A stretch of 32,556 nucleotides of DNA from Nitrospirota bacterium (GCA_029858565.1 JAOUEV010000042.1:1-32556); one strand, 5' to 3'; shown: positions 1 to 8,415, counted from the stretch's first letter. The notes: generated by a model from the letters alone, not told the origin. A program made the numbers and translations.

Positions 1-287
1 AGGTCTATGCCAAACGCAAGAGCACGGTGGAGCCGGTCTTCGGCATCATCAAAGCGGTTATGGGCTTCCGGCAGTTCCTGCTGCGCGGTTTTGTAGCCGT
101 ACAAGGCGAATGGGACCTCGTTTGCATCGCCTGGAACTTAAAAAGGCTGCATACCTTGAGTTGAATCGATAAGAAAGAACAAATCAGAACCATATTTGAT
201 CAAAGAGAACTGATCATAAGGCTGATGATTCTAGAAATTGGTTCAAACAGTCATCGGATCAGATTGCTAAGTCCGACAGGCTCCTAG
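1..287 (+). mobile_element. Right end of an IS1182-family insertion sequence (partial)
   Basis: Transposase C-terminus at 3-164, followed by the probable terminal sequence AAGTCCGACAGGCTC-CTAG (269-287). CTAG is a common target tetramer of IS5/IS1182-type elements. Confidence 0.75.
3..164 (+). CDS. Transposase C-terminal fragment (IS1182 family, DDE), 5'-truncated by the window edge
   Basis: Manual translation from nt 3: VYAKRKSTVEPVFGIIKAVMGFRQFLLRGFVAVQGEWDLVCIAWNLKRLHTLS*. This matches the Y-x2-R-x3-VE-x2-FG ... RG ... E ... NL signature. Not in the ORF track. Confidence 0.85.
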   Translation, partial: VYAKRKSTVEPVFGIIKAVMGFRQFLLRGFVAVQGEWDLVCIAWNLKRLHTLS

Positions 288-308
288 GACAATGAACTGT
301 CCTGAGTC

Positions 309-599
309 TCATGCGTTCAGTTCGATGATCCGCAAAACCTTTGCATAATCCTTCCCATCGGGATCCTCAAAGGGAGCAATCAACACTCTGTCGCCTGTTT
401 GAAGCTCTATGCTGGTCTGCGCAAGAGCCCGGTCATCGATCACGTAGACCTGGCCGTCAGCAAGTGAACGAACCTTGCCTTTTTTCGTGTCGAAATTAAA
501 CTCCAGGATCATCCCCTCCTCTTTCGCCAGCATTTCGTCCCAGAAAATGTCCTGGCCCTCTTGCGAAAGTCCCGCGATCGGCTGGTCGTCATTCCCCAT
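309..599 (-). CDS. Small hypothetical protein with a cold-shock/OB-fold-like domain
   Basis: 96 aa, ATG preceded by GGGGAGGG. The segment EGMILEFNFDTKKGKV...GQVYVI...LQTGDRV resembles the CSD pattern (G-V-x-FN-x2-KG-G-I ... L-x2-G-x-V), but the RNP aromatics are degenerate. Confidence 0.55.
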   Translation of the reverse strand: MGNDDQPIAGLSQEGQDIFWDEMLAKEEGMILEFNFDTKKGKVRSLADGQVYVIDDRALAQTSIELQTGDRVLIAPFEDPDGKDYAKVLRIIELNA

Positions 600-682
600 G
601 GTACCCTCCCCTTTTTTCGGTAGCCGGGGCGCTTTTCAGCACTGGCCCACAACCGGCCCATTACCGGCCCACTGAGACGTCA

Positions 683-712
683 AAGGGGTTCCAGCATGTG
701 CTGGAACCCCTT
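683..712 (-). terminator. Hairpin / probable intrinsic terminator after the att copy
   Basis: AAGGGGTTCCAGCA-TG-TGCTGGAACCCCTT, a perfect 14-bp inverted repeat. Confidence 0.55.
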
Positions 713-720
713 GATTTATT

Positions 721-761
721 TGGTAGCGGGGGCCGGGAACCGACGACCTTCGGGTCATGAG
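721..761 (-). repeat. att-like duplicate of the 3' half of tRNA-Met (anticodon loop to CCA), damaged
   Basis: TGGTAGCGGGGGCCGG----GAACCGACGACCTTCGGGTCATGAG versus tRNA 6617-6661: a 4-nt T-loop deletion and one substitution. Confidence 0.92.
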
Positions 762-968
762 GCACAACATGCCAGCACGAGAACTTCCAGGTAATCGATA
801 CATTGCGGGACATATTGTTCAGCCTCTCCGTTTTATTACACCATAGAGAACCGTTTTAGACCTCTGATGAGCGACAGTCTACAATGATTTATTCAGATAA
901 GCTTTCTGAAGAGAACGTTTGACTACCGAGGAACTGTGATCCTGAAGAGAGGCAAACTTTCAGCTCAC

Positions 969-1979
969 TTAAATGAGCACATATTTACCCGTCTTATGTC
1001 CTCCCTTGCGGATCACGAGATTATGCTGAACAAGCGGCTTAATGATATGGTGTGCTCCGGCCCGCGTGGTAACGCTGAGTTCCTTCATGATCTCATTGAT
1101 GCCAAGAGGGGCATGGCGAAGCAGCGTCAGAAGCCTTTCCTGTTTCTGTGTCAGGATCAAACCCTCATCGGCCCCCTTCTGTTTGCTCTGTATAGCCTCG
1201 AGTCGTTTCCAGGCCTGCGACAACGCCGCGAAAACGGCTGCTGCGACATATTCCAGCCATTCGGTCATATCGCCCCCAGCCTCCTGCACCGACCGGATTG
1301 CGCCAAAATACTTTTCCCGTTCTTCCCAGAAGACTTCATCAATCGAGAAAATATGATTGGTATCGAAATTCCGGCGATAGAGTTCCCAGGTCGCAAGGAG
1401 CCTTCCGACCCTGCCGTTCCCGTCGCCGAAAGGATGAATATATTCGAATCGGTAATGCAGGATCGCCGACGACATGACCGGCGGCAGGTCCTTTGCCTTG
1501 GAATTGAGCCAATCGACCAGTTCGCCGACCAATCGGGGAACCTCCTGATATTTCGGGGGACGGTGCTGCCGGATAACGACTTGGTAGTCGCGAAAGGCGC
1601 CTATCGGATCCCGTTCGAGCGCATCGGCGCATACAATGCTGTGGAGACGAAGAATATCCTTTACGGTAATCTGTTTTTTCCCGGAATGGTCTGTGATGTA
1701 CCGCAGCGCGGCAAGATAGTTCAGGACCTCTTTCTTGTACCTGCGCTGGACCATCGGAAGGTCGCCACCCCGGGAAAGGATCTCGACGTCCTTCAGGGTA
1801 AGAGGATTGCCTTCGATTGCCGTCGAGGTATGAGCAAGCCTTTCGAAAGCGTCCCTCTCCAGCCGCGGCGTCCACTGCACGGAAATGGGTGACAACTCGA
1901 TTTCCGTCCGCAACTCGGCGATTCGTTCAAGTCTTCCCGCCAAGCGGGAAGTGATGGTGTATTTCGGTTCGTATCCCAC
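969..1979 (-). CDS. Fic family protein (AMPylase) with N-terminal autoinhibitory motif and C-terminal HTH
   Basis: Canonical HPFGDGNGRVGR Fic motif; inhibitory (S/T)xxxE(G/N) motif in STAIEGN (class II); C-terminal wHTH-like INEIMKELSVTTRAGAHHIIKPLV; GTG start with GAGG RBS. Confidence 0.93.
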   Translation of the reverse strand: MGYEPKYTITSRLAGRLERIAELRTEIELSPISVQWTPRLERDAFERLAHTSTAIEGNPLTLKDVEILSRGGDLPMVQRRYKKEVLNYLAALRYITDHSGKKQITVKDILRLHSIVCADALERDPIGAFRDYQVVIRQHRPPKYQEVPRLVGELVDWLNSKAKDLPPVMSSAILHYRFEYIHPFGDGNGRVGRLLATWELYRRNFDTNHIFSIDEVFWEEREKYFGAIRSVQEAGGDMTEWLEYVAAAVFAALSQAWKRLEAIQSKQKGADEGLILTQKQERLLTLLRHAPLGINEIMKELSVTTRAGAHHIIKPLVQHNLVIRKGGHKTGKYVLI

Positions 1980-2001
1980 GAAACAGCCTCTTTGTTCGTA
2001 T

Positions 2002-2030
2002 AGTATACGTTAAGCAGTTCGTCAAGTCAA
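2002..2030 (-). promoter_or_regulatory. Sigma70-type promoter of the fic gene with an overlapping palindrome
   Basis: TTGACT-17 bp-TATACT on the minus strand. The perfect inverted repeat CGTATA-G-TATACG (1997-2009) covers the -10 box. Confidence 0.65.
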
Positions 2031-2119
2031 TGTGATTATTTACAGGAAGGCAAAAAAAGCGCGATGTATTCTTGAATGGATAATGCGGATCCATGCCCTT
2101 CTGATTTCTTCATCGGGGC

Positions 2120-3031
2120 TTAAATTTGCTTTCTTCTTTTCTTTGCAGGAGTCCCCGGCTTCACTGCCGTTCCGCTTCGAACCGACTTCGGCGACTTTGC
2201 TTTCATTTTTTCAGGATTGCTCCGCAGTTTGTTTGCTTTCACGCTCTTTTTTCGAACGGCTTGTTTCTTGCGCTTATATTCACCGGGGATTGCCGCCTGT
2301 TTTTCTCCGGCTGAAAGATCGATGCCGAACAAAGCGGACAGGTCCGCATCTTGAATGACCCGGGAGCTTTTCTTTGAAGCCATTTCAAGCAGATTGTCAG
2401 CCTTTGATGAAACGGTCTTTCCGACAAGGTCGGCCATATCGACGCCCCGAAGCGTGAAAAGCAGCGTGGCGTCCTCATCCAGCCGCGCGCCGACGCCGTA
2501 CAGCGCGGCGGCCACATGCTTGCACATGCTCGCCCAGTCGGGACAGGAGCACGTGAAGTCGATTTCCTTCGGCGAGGGGAAAAGGCCGGCACCGCGCTGG
2601 AGAAACAATTCTCCCAGTTCCTTGGGGAATTTCCCTGAAACCAGTTCGGATACCGATTCAAGCATCCCGGAACAGGAGGTCGCGATGTGCTGCCAGATCT
2701 TTCTGTTCAGTTTCCCGATTTGGATGACGATCTCGTAGGGTTTGGACCTCGATCCCTGTACAAGGGCCGTGATCTTGCCTGGTTCGATCTGAAGGTCCAG
2801 GACCGCGCCGTGCCGGACATAACTGCGTCCCCTGCCGATGCGGTTGCTGTAATCGGCATAGGCTTCGAGGTTCTTGTTCCAGGATTTCCCCCACCAGGAG
2901 CGCGCAATCGCACTCCCTTGCAGAATGACCGGTTTGACATCCCGTTTTTTCTTGAGTCGTTCCAGCTTGTTCGCCGCGCGTGCCTGCTTTTCAGCCTTAC
3001 TTACGTATCTCGGAAAACCCCACCATGCCAT
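2120..3031 (-). CDS. SWIM zinc-finger protein (partner of the SNF2 helicase)
   Basis: CSCPDWASMCKH SWIM motif; conserved N-terminal WWGKSW...RIGRGRSYVR; Lys/Arg-rich C-terminal tail; directly downstream of SNF2. Confidence 0.9.
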   Translation of the reverse strand: MAWWGFPRYVSKAEKQARAANKLERLKKKRDVKPVILQGSAIARSWWGKSWNKNLEAYADYSNRIGRGRSYVRHGAVLDLQIEPGKITALVQGSRSKPYEIVIQIGKLNRKIWQHIATSCSGMLESVSELVSGKFPKELGELFLQRGAGLFPSPKEIDFTCSCPDWASMCKHVAAALYGVGARLDEDATLLFTLRGVDMADLVGKTVSSKADNLLEMASKKSSRVIQDADLSALFGIDLSAGEKQAAIPGEYKRKKQAVRKKSVKANKLRSNPEKMKAKSPKSVRSGTAVKPGTPAKKRRKQI

Positions 3032-3050
3032 CGGTCATCCCTCGCTCATC

Positions 3051-5789
3051 CTAAAGTGTCAACGTGAACAGGTTCATCAGTTCCTCGTTATTCAGCTCCG
3101 TGATCCACGCCTCGCATCCGGACTGAATCACCTCGTTCGACAGTTTCAGTTTTCCCTCGATCATCTGGTCGATCTTTTCCTCGATCGTGCCTTTCGTGAT
3201 GAACTTGTGCACGACCACGTTCTTTTTCTGGCCTATCCGGAATGCGCGGTCCGTGGCCTGATTTTCAGCAGCCGGGTTCCACCACCGGTCGAAATGAACG
3301 ACGTGATTCGCGGCAGTGAGATTGAGCCCGACGCCGCCGGCTTTGAGCGATAAGACCATGAAGGGAACATAGTCTTCCCCCTGAAAACGATCCACCAGGT
3401 CCTTTCGTTTCCCCACGGACGTGCCTCCATGAAGCACCAGGCCCTCGCGGCCGAACAATCCGTTCAGGAAACCGGCTAGGGGATCGGTCATTTCACGGAA
3501 TTGCGTGAACACCAACACCCGCTCCCGCTTCTCATAAATGGTCTCACAGATTTCCCGAAGCCTGTCGAACTTGCCGCTTTCCTGGTCATCAAAGGTCCCT
3601 GAACCGAGATACTGGTCCGGATGATTGCATATTTGCTTGAATTTCATCAACGAACTCAGGATGATCCCTTTCCTCTGGATGCCTTCGGCGTCGGTAATCG
3701 TCCGCCGCAGTTCATCAACCAGCTTTTGATACAGCACCGCCTGTTTCTTGTGAAGCTGTGCATAGGTTTTCATCTCAACCTTGTCCGGCAGGTCGGAGAT
3801 AACGGATTTGTCGGTCTTGAGACGGCGAAGGACATAGGGTCCGATGACCTTTCTGAGCCGGCCGTATCCCTCGGGGTCCTTTGCGAGTTCCTTCGCATAC
3901 CGGCTGAACTCCTGACTGCTGCCGAGCAGACCGGGATTGATAAAATCGAAAATCGACCACAGGTCGGACAGCCGGTTCTCGACCGGAGTGCCGGTCATGG
4001 CGATGCGGTTCTCTGATTGCAGTATTTTAACCGCTTTCGTCTGTTTTGCTCCGGGGTTCTTGATCGCCTGTGCCTCATCGAGAATGACATACTTCCACTC
4101 GCATGCCTGCAGCCACAGGGTCTTTTGAACAAACCCATAGGTTGATATCACGAGATCCAGTGCCGCGACATCATCCTTTTTATTCGGCGTGCTCCCCTGT
4201 TTATTCTTCCACGATGGATGGACAATGGAAAACTTCAGTTTCGGGGTGAATTTTTCGATTTCCGCGGCCCAGTTCGCCAGTAATGACGCCGGGACAACGA
4301 GCAGGCTTGCCCCCCTATTCCAGGCTTGTGTCATATTCTGAAGAAGCGCCAGAACCTGCACGGTCTTTCCCAGCCCCATGTCATCGGCAAGGCACATGCC
4401 GAATCTCAGTGAGTGGAGGAAGGTCAGCCAGGCAACGCCTTTTTGCTGATATGGCCGCAATTTCGCCTTGAACGAGGAATCGAGTCTCACCGGCGCGATC
4501 TTCTCAGGCCGGGCCATGCGCGCCAGGACCGACTCCATCCACTGGCCGTTCGTGACGACGACGTTCGACGCTTCCCCGGGAATGTCCAGCACGGTCCCCG
4601 GATTCAGCTGAAGCCGGAGCGCATCGCGAAAGTTCAATCCGCCGCGCGTCGCAAGGGTGCGCGCCTTTTCATAGGCCGCGAGCGTCTGGCGAAGCTTTTC
4701 GTGGTCCACGACGACCCAGCGGTTCTTGATCAGGGCGAGACCTTCGGATGCATCGATGATCCCTTTTGCTTCTTCAAAGGATACCTGCGCGCCTTCCAGA
4801 TGCAGGCCTATGTCGAAATCAAGCAGAGCGTCCATGCCGACCGTTGAAGGCTGGCGGCCTCCCAGAGAGATGCTGACCTGCAGGCTTGAGGCGCCGCGCT
4901 TCCACCAGTCCGGAATGCGGCACAATATGCCCGCTTGTTCATACAACGGGATCTCCCGCAGGAAGGTGTATGCCTCTTTGGCCGTCCAGGCAAGCGGATG
5001 GAACAGTTCCCCGGTCTCGATGAGCCCGGCCACCAGAGCGCTTTCCCGGGCGGCGCGATGTACGGTGACGAGGAGGTCGAGCAGCTTTTTCCCGTCCTTA
5101 CCATACTCTTGCAGCGCATGTTTCAGGGGAAGATGCTGTGTTTTCCCCTGTTTATTCAAGCCCGGTGAATAGGTCGCGAGAAAAGCAAAGGGGGAATCGT
5201 CTTTTTTGCTCTCCACGAGGTGGAAGAAGACCCGGCCGACCAGGTGGACGTCGGGGCTGTATGTTCGTATAAACTCTTCAATGCTCGTTTTTGCCTGTTG
5301 AATTTCCTGCCTGAATTCGGAATGCAGCCGCTGCCAAAGACCGTCAAGAACCGCCTCGGTCAAGTATTCGGCGCCGGTCATCAGCGGCGCTGTTGCAAGA
5401 GCATAGTTCAGTTCATCTTCACTAAGTTCAACGATGACCTTGTGCCTGAGGATTTCCAGATCGGGAGTGTGAGTGAGCTTTTCGGCGAACTTGCCGCAGA
5501 CAGTACGCCAATAATCCAGAGGTGGTGAAAGGGGGACTGCTTTCGTGCAGAAGCCGAGGAAAAGAAAAGCACCGTCGGGGTTATTCTCGTATCGCCTGAA
5601 TATTTCCTGCTGGAGAAGCTCCTGGTCCTTGCTTATCTTCTCCCCTGTTTCAGCCCACTCCAGGCGGATAGAACCATGGGGCAGGATGACTGACTGCAAT
5701 TCCTTGTTCAAGATCGTGGACCCCGAAGGTGATGACTTAGAGAAGCGCAGGACTATGAATTCACAGCGAATAGGGTTATTGACGACCAA
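3051..5789 (-). CDS. SNF2/SWI2-family SF2 helicase-like ATPase
   Basis: LRPYQ, Walker A LADDMGLGKT, Walker B DEAQ, motif III TGTP, AGGVGLNL, motif VI QATDRAFRIGQ. The true start may be ~80 nt downstream of 5789. Confidence 0.95.
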   Translation of the reverse strand: MVVNNPIRCEFIVLRFSKSSPSGSTILNKELQSVILPHGSIRLEWAETGEKISKDQELLQQEIFRRYENNPDGAFLFLGFCTKAVPLSPPLDYWRTVCGKFAEKLTHTPDLEILRHKVIVELSEDELNYALATAPLMTGAEYLTEAVLDGLWQRLHSEFRQEIQQAKTSIEEFIRTYSPDVHLVGRVFFHLVESKKDDSPFAFLATYSPGLNKQGKTQHLPLKHALQEYGKDGKKLLDLLVTVHRAARESALVAGLIETGELFHPLAWTAKEAYTFLREIPLYEQAGILCRIPDWWKRGASSLQVSISLGGRQPSTVGMDALLDFDIGLHLEGAQVSFEEAKGIIDASEGLALIKNRWVVVDHEKLRQTLAAYEKARTLATRGGLNFRDALRLQLNPGTVLDIPGEASNVVVTNGQWMESVLARMARPEKIAPVRLDSSFKAKLRPYQQKGVAWLTFLHSLRFGMCLADDMGLGKTVQVLALLQNMTQAWNRGASLLVVPASLLANWAAEIEKFTPKLKFSIVHPSWKNKQGSTPNKKDDVAALDLVISTYGFVQKTLWLQACEWKYVILDEAQAIKNPGAKQTKAVKILQSENRIAMTGTPVENRLSDLWSIFDFINPGLLGSSQEFSRYAKELAKDPEGYGRLRKVIGPYVLRRLKTDKSVISDLPDKVEMKTYAQLHKKQAVLYQKLVDELRRTITDAEGIQRKGIILSSLMKFKQICNHPDQYLGSGTFDDQESGKFDRLREICETIYEKRERVLVFTQFREMTDPLAGFLNGLFGREGLVLHGGTSVGKRKDLVDRFQGEDYVPFMVLSLKAGGVGLNLTAANHVVHFDRWWNPAAENQATDRAFRIGQKKNVVVHKFITKGTIEEKIDQMIEGKLKLSNEVIQSGCEAWITELNNEELMNLFTLTL

Positions 5790-5807
5790 TCGTCATTGCC
5801 CGGCACG

Positions 5808-6197
5808 TTATTCCCCGGACTGCATCCCTTCAATTTCATCCAGAACCGTGGGCAAGTCGATCCGGCTGTCAGATTCGACGAGTTTTCCTGATGAGAGATG
5901 TTTATGATGCGGAAATGTCTTCAGCGAACGACCGCGCGGATCCGGGGAATTATCGTAGCGGAAAATGACCTCACTTCCCCGGCGATGATTGTATCCATAA
6001 AGATACTTATCAACAGCATCGCCCTTGCTCTCGATAAATTCCTTAAAATCGAGGACCGTTCCGTTTCGGAATTCTATGGCGCCGGAGATAAATGCGATGT
6101 CGCGGGTTTTTCTGTCGATGGTGAGCGAATACGAAGAAACGAAGGAATGAATTGAGATTGCGGTTTCGATATTGATGATGTACTTATCGATACTCAA
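5808..6197 (-). CDS. DUF6516 / TumE-like putative toxin
   Basis: Y.YN...FRYDNSPD...TFPHHKH signature. Probable TTG start at 6197 with a GAGGAG RBS, overlapping the end of the upstream gene. Confidence 0.75.
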   Translation of the reverse strand: MSIDKYIINIETAISIHSFVSSYSLTIDRKTRDIAFISGAIEFRNGTVLDFKEFIESKGDAVDKYLYGYNHRRGSEVIFRYDNSPDPRGRSLKTFPHHKHLSSGKLVESDSRIDLPTVLDEIEGMQSGE

Positions 6198-6459
6198 AAC
6201 TGATCTCCTCAAGCGATTTCAGTCTGCCCTGAACGCGTCGCAAGGATTCAGCCTCTCCCTCCCATTCCACAAGGATCATGTCATCTACCTTACCGTACAA
6301 TTTCCCCCGATCGAGCGGACCATGGGCATGTTCAAAGTCCTGTATTTTTCGGCTGATCTTCTCGACCGTTTTTTTCAGCAGGTGAATCTCGGTATCGATG
6401 GCGAACTTGATCTTTTCACGAGCCCAGGTGTCGTCGGTTTCAATAATCAATTTTGTCAT
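6184..6459 (-). CDS. Putative antitoxin (small helical protein paired with DUF6516)
   Basis: ATG at 6459 with GGAGGT RBS; 91 aa; ...IQDFE...DDMILVEWEG pattern typical of DUF6516 partner genes; overlaps the toxin start. Confidence 0.65.
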   Translation of the reverse strand: MTKLIIETDDTWAREKIKFAIDTEIHLLKKTVEKISRKIQDFEHAHGPLDRGKLYGKVDDMILVEWEGEAESLRRVQGRLKSLEEISFEYR

Positions 6460-6505
6460 GGCACTCACCTCCCGACAGGTCAGAAGTCCATTTTCTCGGT
6501 CGTGG

Positions 6506-6616
6506 TTTTTTGGGTAGCGGGGGGCGGTGTCCGCAAACTGTCCCACTACCGTCCCATTACCGTCCTGTTGAGACGTCAAAGGGGTTCCAGCATGTGCTGC
6601 AACCCCTTGATTTGTT
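6506..6616. repeat. Composite element-end repeat, copy 2 (tRNA-proximal)
   Basis: 3x11-bp ACTGTCCCACT/ACCGTCCCATT/ACCGTCCTGTT (6537-6569), then the same GAGACGTCAAAGGGGTTCCAGCATGTGCTGCAACCCCTTGA hairpin (one mismatch in the stem). Confidence 0.9.
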
Positions 6617-6693
<77 letters not shown>

Positions 6694-6704
6694 ATGTGGA
6701 ATGC

Positions 6705-6733
6705 ATACTAATCGACCAATGCTGCTAAGTCAA
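6705..6733 (-). promoter_or_regulatory. Sigma70-type promoter of tRNA-Met
   Basis: TTGACT-17 bp-TAGTAT ending 11 nt upstream of the tRNA. Confidence 0.65.
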
Positions 6734-6779
6734 GCAAATAGTAACTACAGTGCCCTAAATACCGCATTCTGCGACGGAA

Positions 6780-8255
6780 TTACAGGATCTGCGGGGGTTT
6801 CGTGTCCAGGAACACGTTCACCACGGCAGATGACGCGCTCACGTTCCCTACAGCGTCCGATGCAACGGCCGAGAACGCGTTGTTGCCCTCGCGCAGCGGA
6901 ACTTTGAAGGAGAATGCGCCCTTTTCATCTGCCTTGACCGATCCCCGTGAGGCGCTATTCATGTACAACTCCACAAGGGAACCGGGTTCCGCCGTGCCCA
7001 CAACCGTCACCGACGCGTCCTTGGTCACAAAGGGCAGGTCCCCGAGCTTGGGCGCTGTTGGCGGCACGGTCTTCAGGACCACGGTAAGCGTGGCGGGCTT
7101 TGCCTGGTTCCCTGCGCGGTCCACTGCCGTTGCCGTTATGGTGTTGGCGCCTTCAGCCAGATTCACACCGGACAGGGTGAAGCTCCCGTTAGCGACCTGG
7201 ACCGGCGTATTGTTCACTTTCACCACTGCAGCGGAATCATCAACCGCCCCCATGACCGTGACCATTCGCTTATTCGTGACCGCCTGATCCTTCGGCGCGG
7301 TAAGCGTCACCCGGGGGGCCAGCGTATCCACGTTGATCCTGATCGTCGAGGTACCGGTATTCCCCGCGCTGCTCACGGCTTTGGCCGTGATGGTGTTCTG
7401 TCCTTCAGCGAGCGTCACATTGGCCGCGGTGAAGCTCCCGTTTGCAACAGCCGCGATAACGGGCTGAGTGCCTGCAGCGGTCGTAACGATCACCGAAGCA
7501 GCCCTGGAATCTGCAATACCCGATATGGTCGCTGTCCGGGTGTTCAGAAGGCTGTTAACGAGCGGAGATGTGATCTGGACCGTAGGAGGCTTGCTGTCAA
7601 GAATAACGGTTATCGTATCGTTCCCCGTGTTCCCGAAGGGATCGGTCGCGACAGCCATGATGGTATTGTTGCCTTCGACAATGTTCACCCTGGCGCTGAA
7701 CGCCCCGCGGTCCACGCCGGCCGCAATGCCGTTCACGACCACCCGGACCTTTTCGTTGTCCACGGTGCCCGTCACGAGAATGGGCGACTGGTTGATATAC
7801 TGGTCTGCCTTGTGGGACGTGATCTTGATCTTCGGCGGCTGGGTGTGGAGCGTGAACGACCAGGTCACCGAGGCGGGATTGCCGGCCTTGTCGTCAATGT
7901 CCACCTTTACCTTGTGCTGTCCTTCGCTCAAGGGCTGGGCCGGCGTCAGGACGACCTTGTTCGCAGTGGACTGCGCCTGACCGGTCACGTCAACGCCGTC
8001 GAGGTAGATCTTCGTGTCCGCGGGATTTATGCCGATCCCGTCGTCGATGTATTCAGCCGAGATCGTCGGCTTGGCATTGTTGATCAGGCTTCCGTCCTGG
8101 GGGATCAGGCTGGTGTAGATCCGGCCTGCCGCAAGCCGTTTCTCCGCAACCGGCTTCCTGGTTCCCACAGGCTTCTTTGCGTCAGCAGCGAACACTGGAG
8201 AAGCTGAGAAACAGAGTAGAAGTGTCAGAACGAATGCGATCATGCGTCGTACCAC
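6780..8255 (-). CDS. Secreted protein with ~5 tandem bacterial Ig-like domains
   Basis: Signal peptide ending SPVFA-A; repeated units PP-x-V-x-ITSP ... V-x-G ... L-x-EG-x-N-TITA-x-A-x-D-x-AGN; Thr/Val/Ala rich. Confidence 0.85.
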   Translation of the reverse strand: MVRRMIAFVLTLLLCFSASPVFAADAKKPVGTRKPVAEKRLAAGRIYTSLIPQDGSLINNAKPTISAEYIDDGIGINPADTKIYLDGVDVTGQAQSTANKVVLTPAQPLSEGQHKVKVDIDDKAGNPASVTWSFTLHTQPPKIKITSHKADQYINQSPILVTGTVDNEKVRVVVNGIAAGVDRGAFSARVNIVEGNNTIMAVATDPFGNTGNDTITVILDSKPPTVQITSPLVNSLLNTRTATISGIADSRAASVIVTTAAGTQPVIAAVANGSFTAANVTLAEGQNTITAKAVSSAGNTGTSTIRINVDTLAPRVTLTAPKDQAVTNKRMVTVMGAVDDSAAVVKVNNTPVQVANGSFTLSGVNLAEGANTITATAVDRAGNQAKPATLTVVLKTVPPTAPKLGDLPFVTKDASVTVVGTAEPGSLVELYMNSASRGSVKADEKGAFSFKVPLREGNNAFSAVASDAVGNVSASSAVVNVFLDTKPPQIL

Positions 8256-8294
8256 GGGCGTTTCCTCCTCAACTGATCGTTAATTAGACTCCGG

Positions 8295-8324
8295 AGATTA
8301 ACAAAAAAACAGCGGTGTTGTCAA
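8295..8324 (-). promoter_or_regulatory. Putative sigma70 promoter for the Ig-repeat gene
   Basis: TTGACA-18 bp-TAATCT with a TGn extension on the minus strand. Confidence 0.45.
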
Positions 8325-8415
8325 TATTTATCGTTCTGGCGCGGCCATTTTTCACCTGATGTCCCTCACCGTCCCGCACACAGCGCAAGGTTTTCATTGA
8401 ATTTGCCCGGCGAAC

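Larger units (their letters stand above)
612..761. repeat. Composite element-end repeat, copy 1 (matches 6506-6661)
   Basis: Contains 3x11-bp repeats ACTGGCCCACA/ACCGGCCCATT/ACCGGCCCACT (641-673), then GAGACGTCAAAGGGGTTCCAGCATGTGCTGGAACCCCTTGATTTATT, then the tRNA 3' copy. Aligns by eye with 6506-6661. Confidence 0.9.
762..6616. mobile_element. tRNA-Met-integrated genomic islet (no integrase gene inside)
   Basis: Bounded by the intact tRNA and a direct repeat of its 3' half. Cargo is Fic, SWIM, SNF2 and a TA pair, all on the minus strand. Confidence 0.8.

Noticed and set aside
5-193. 62-aa minus-strand ORF
   Set aside because: Antisense to the transposase C-terminus.
641-673. Short tandem repeats as a CRISPR array
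   Set aside because: 11-bp units without spacers and no cas genes; better explained as protein-binding sites.
721-761. Second tRNA gene
   Set aside because: Only the 3' half is present and the T loop is deleted; it is an att-like remnant.
936-1892. 318-aa plus-strand ORF
   Set aside because: Antisense shadow of the Fic gene, which has clear catalytic motifs; it has no recognisable features of its own.
6460-6579. 40-codon N-terminal extension of the antitoxin ORF
   Set aside because: It crosses the non-coding repeat module; ATG 6459 has a strong GGAGGT RBS.
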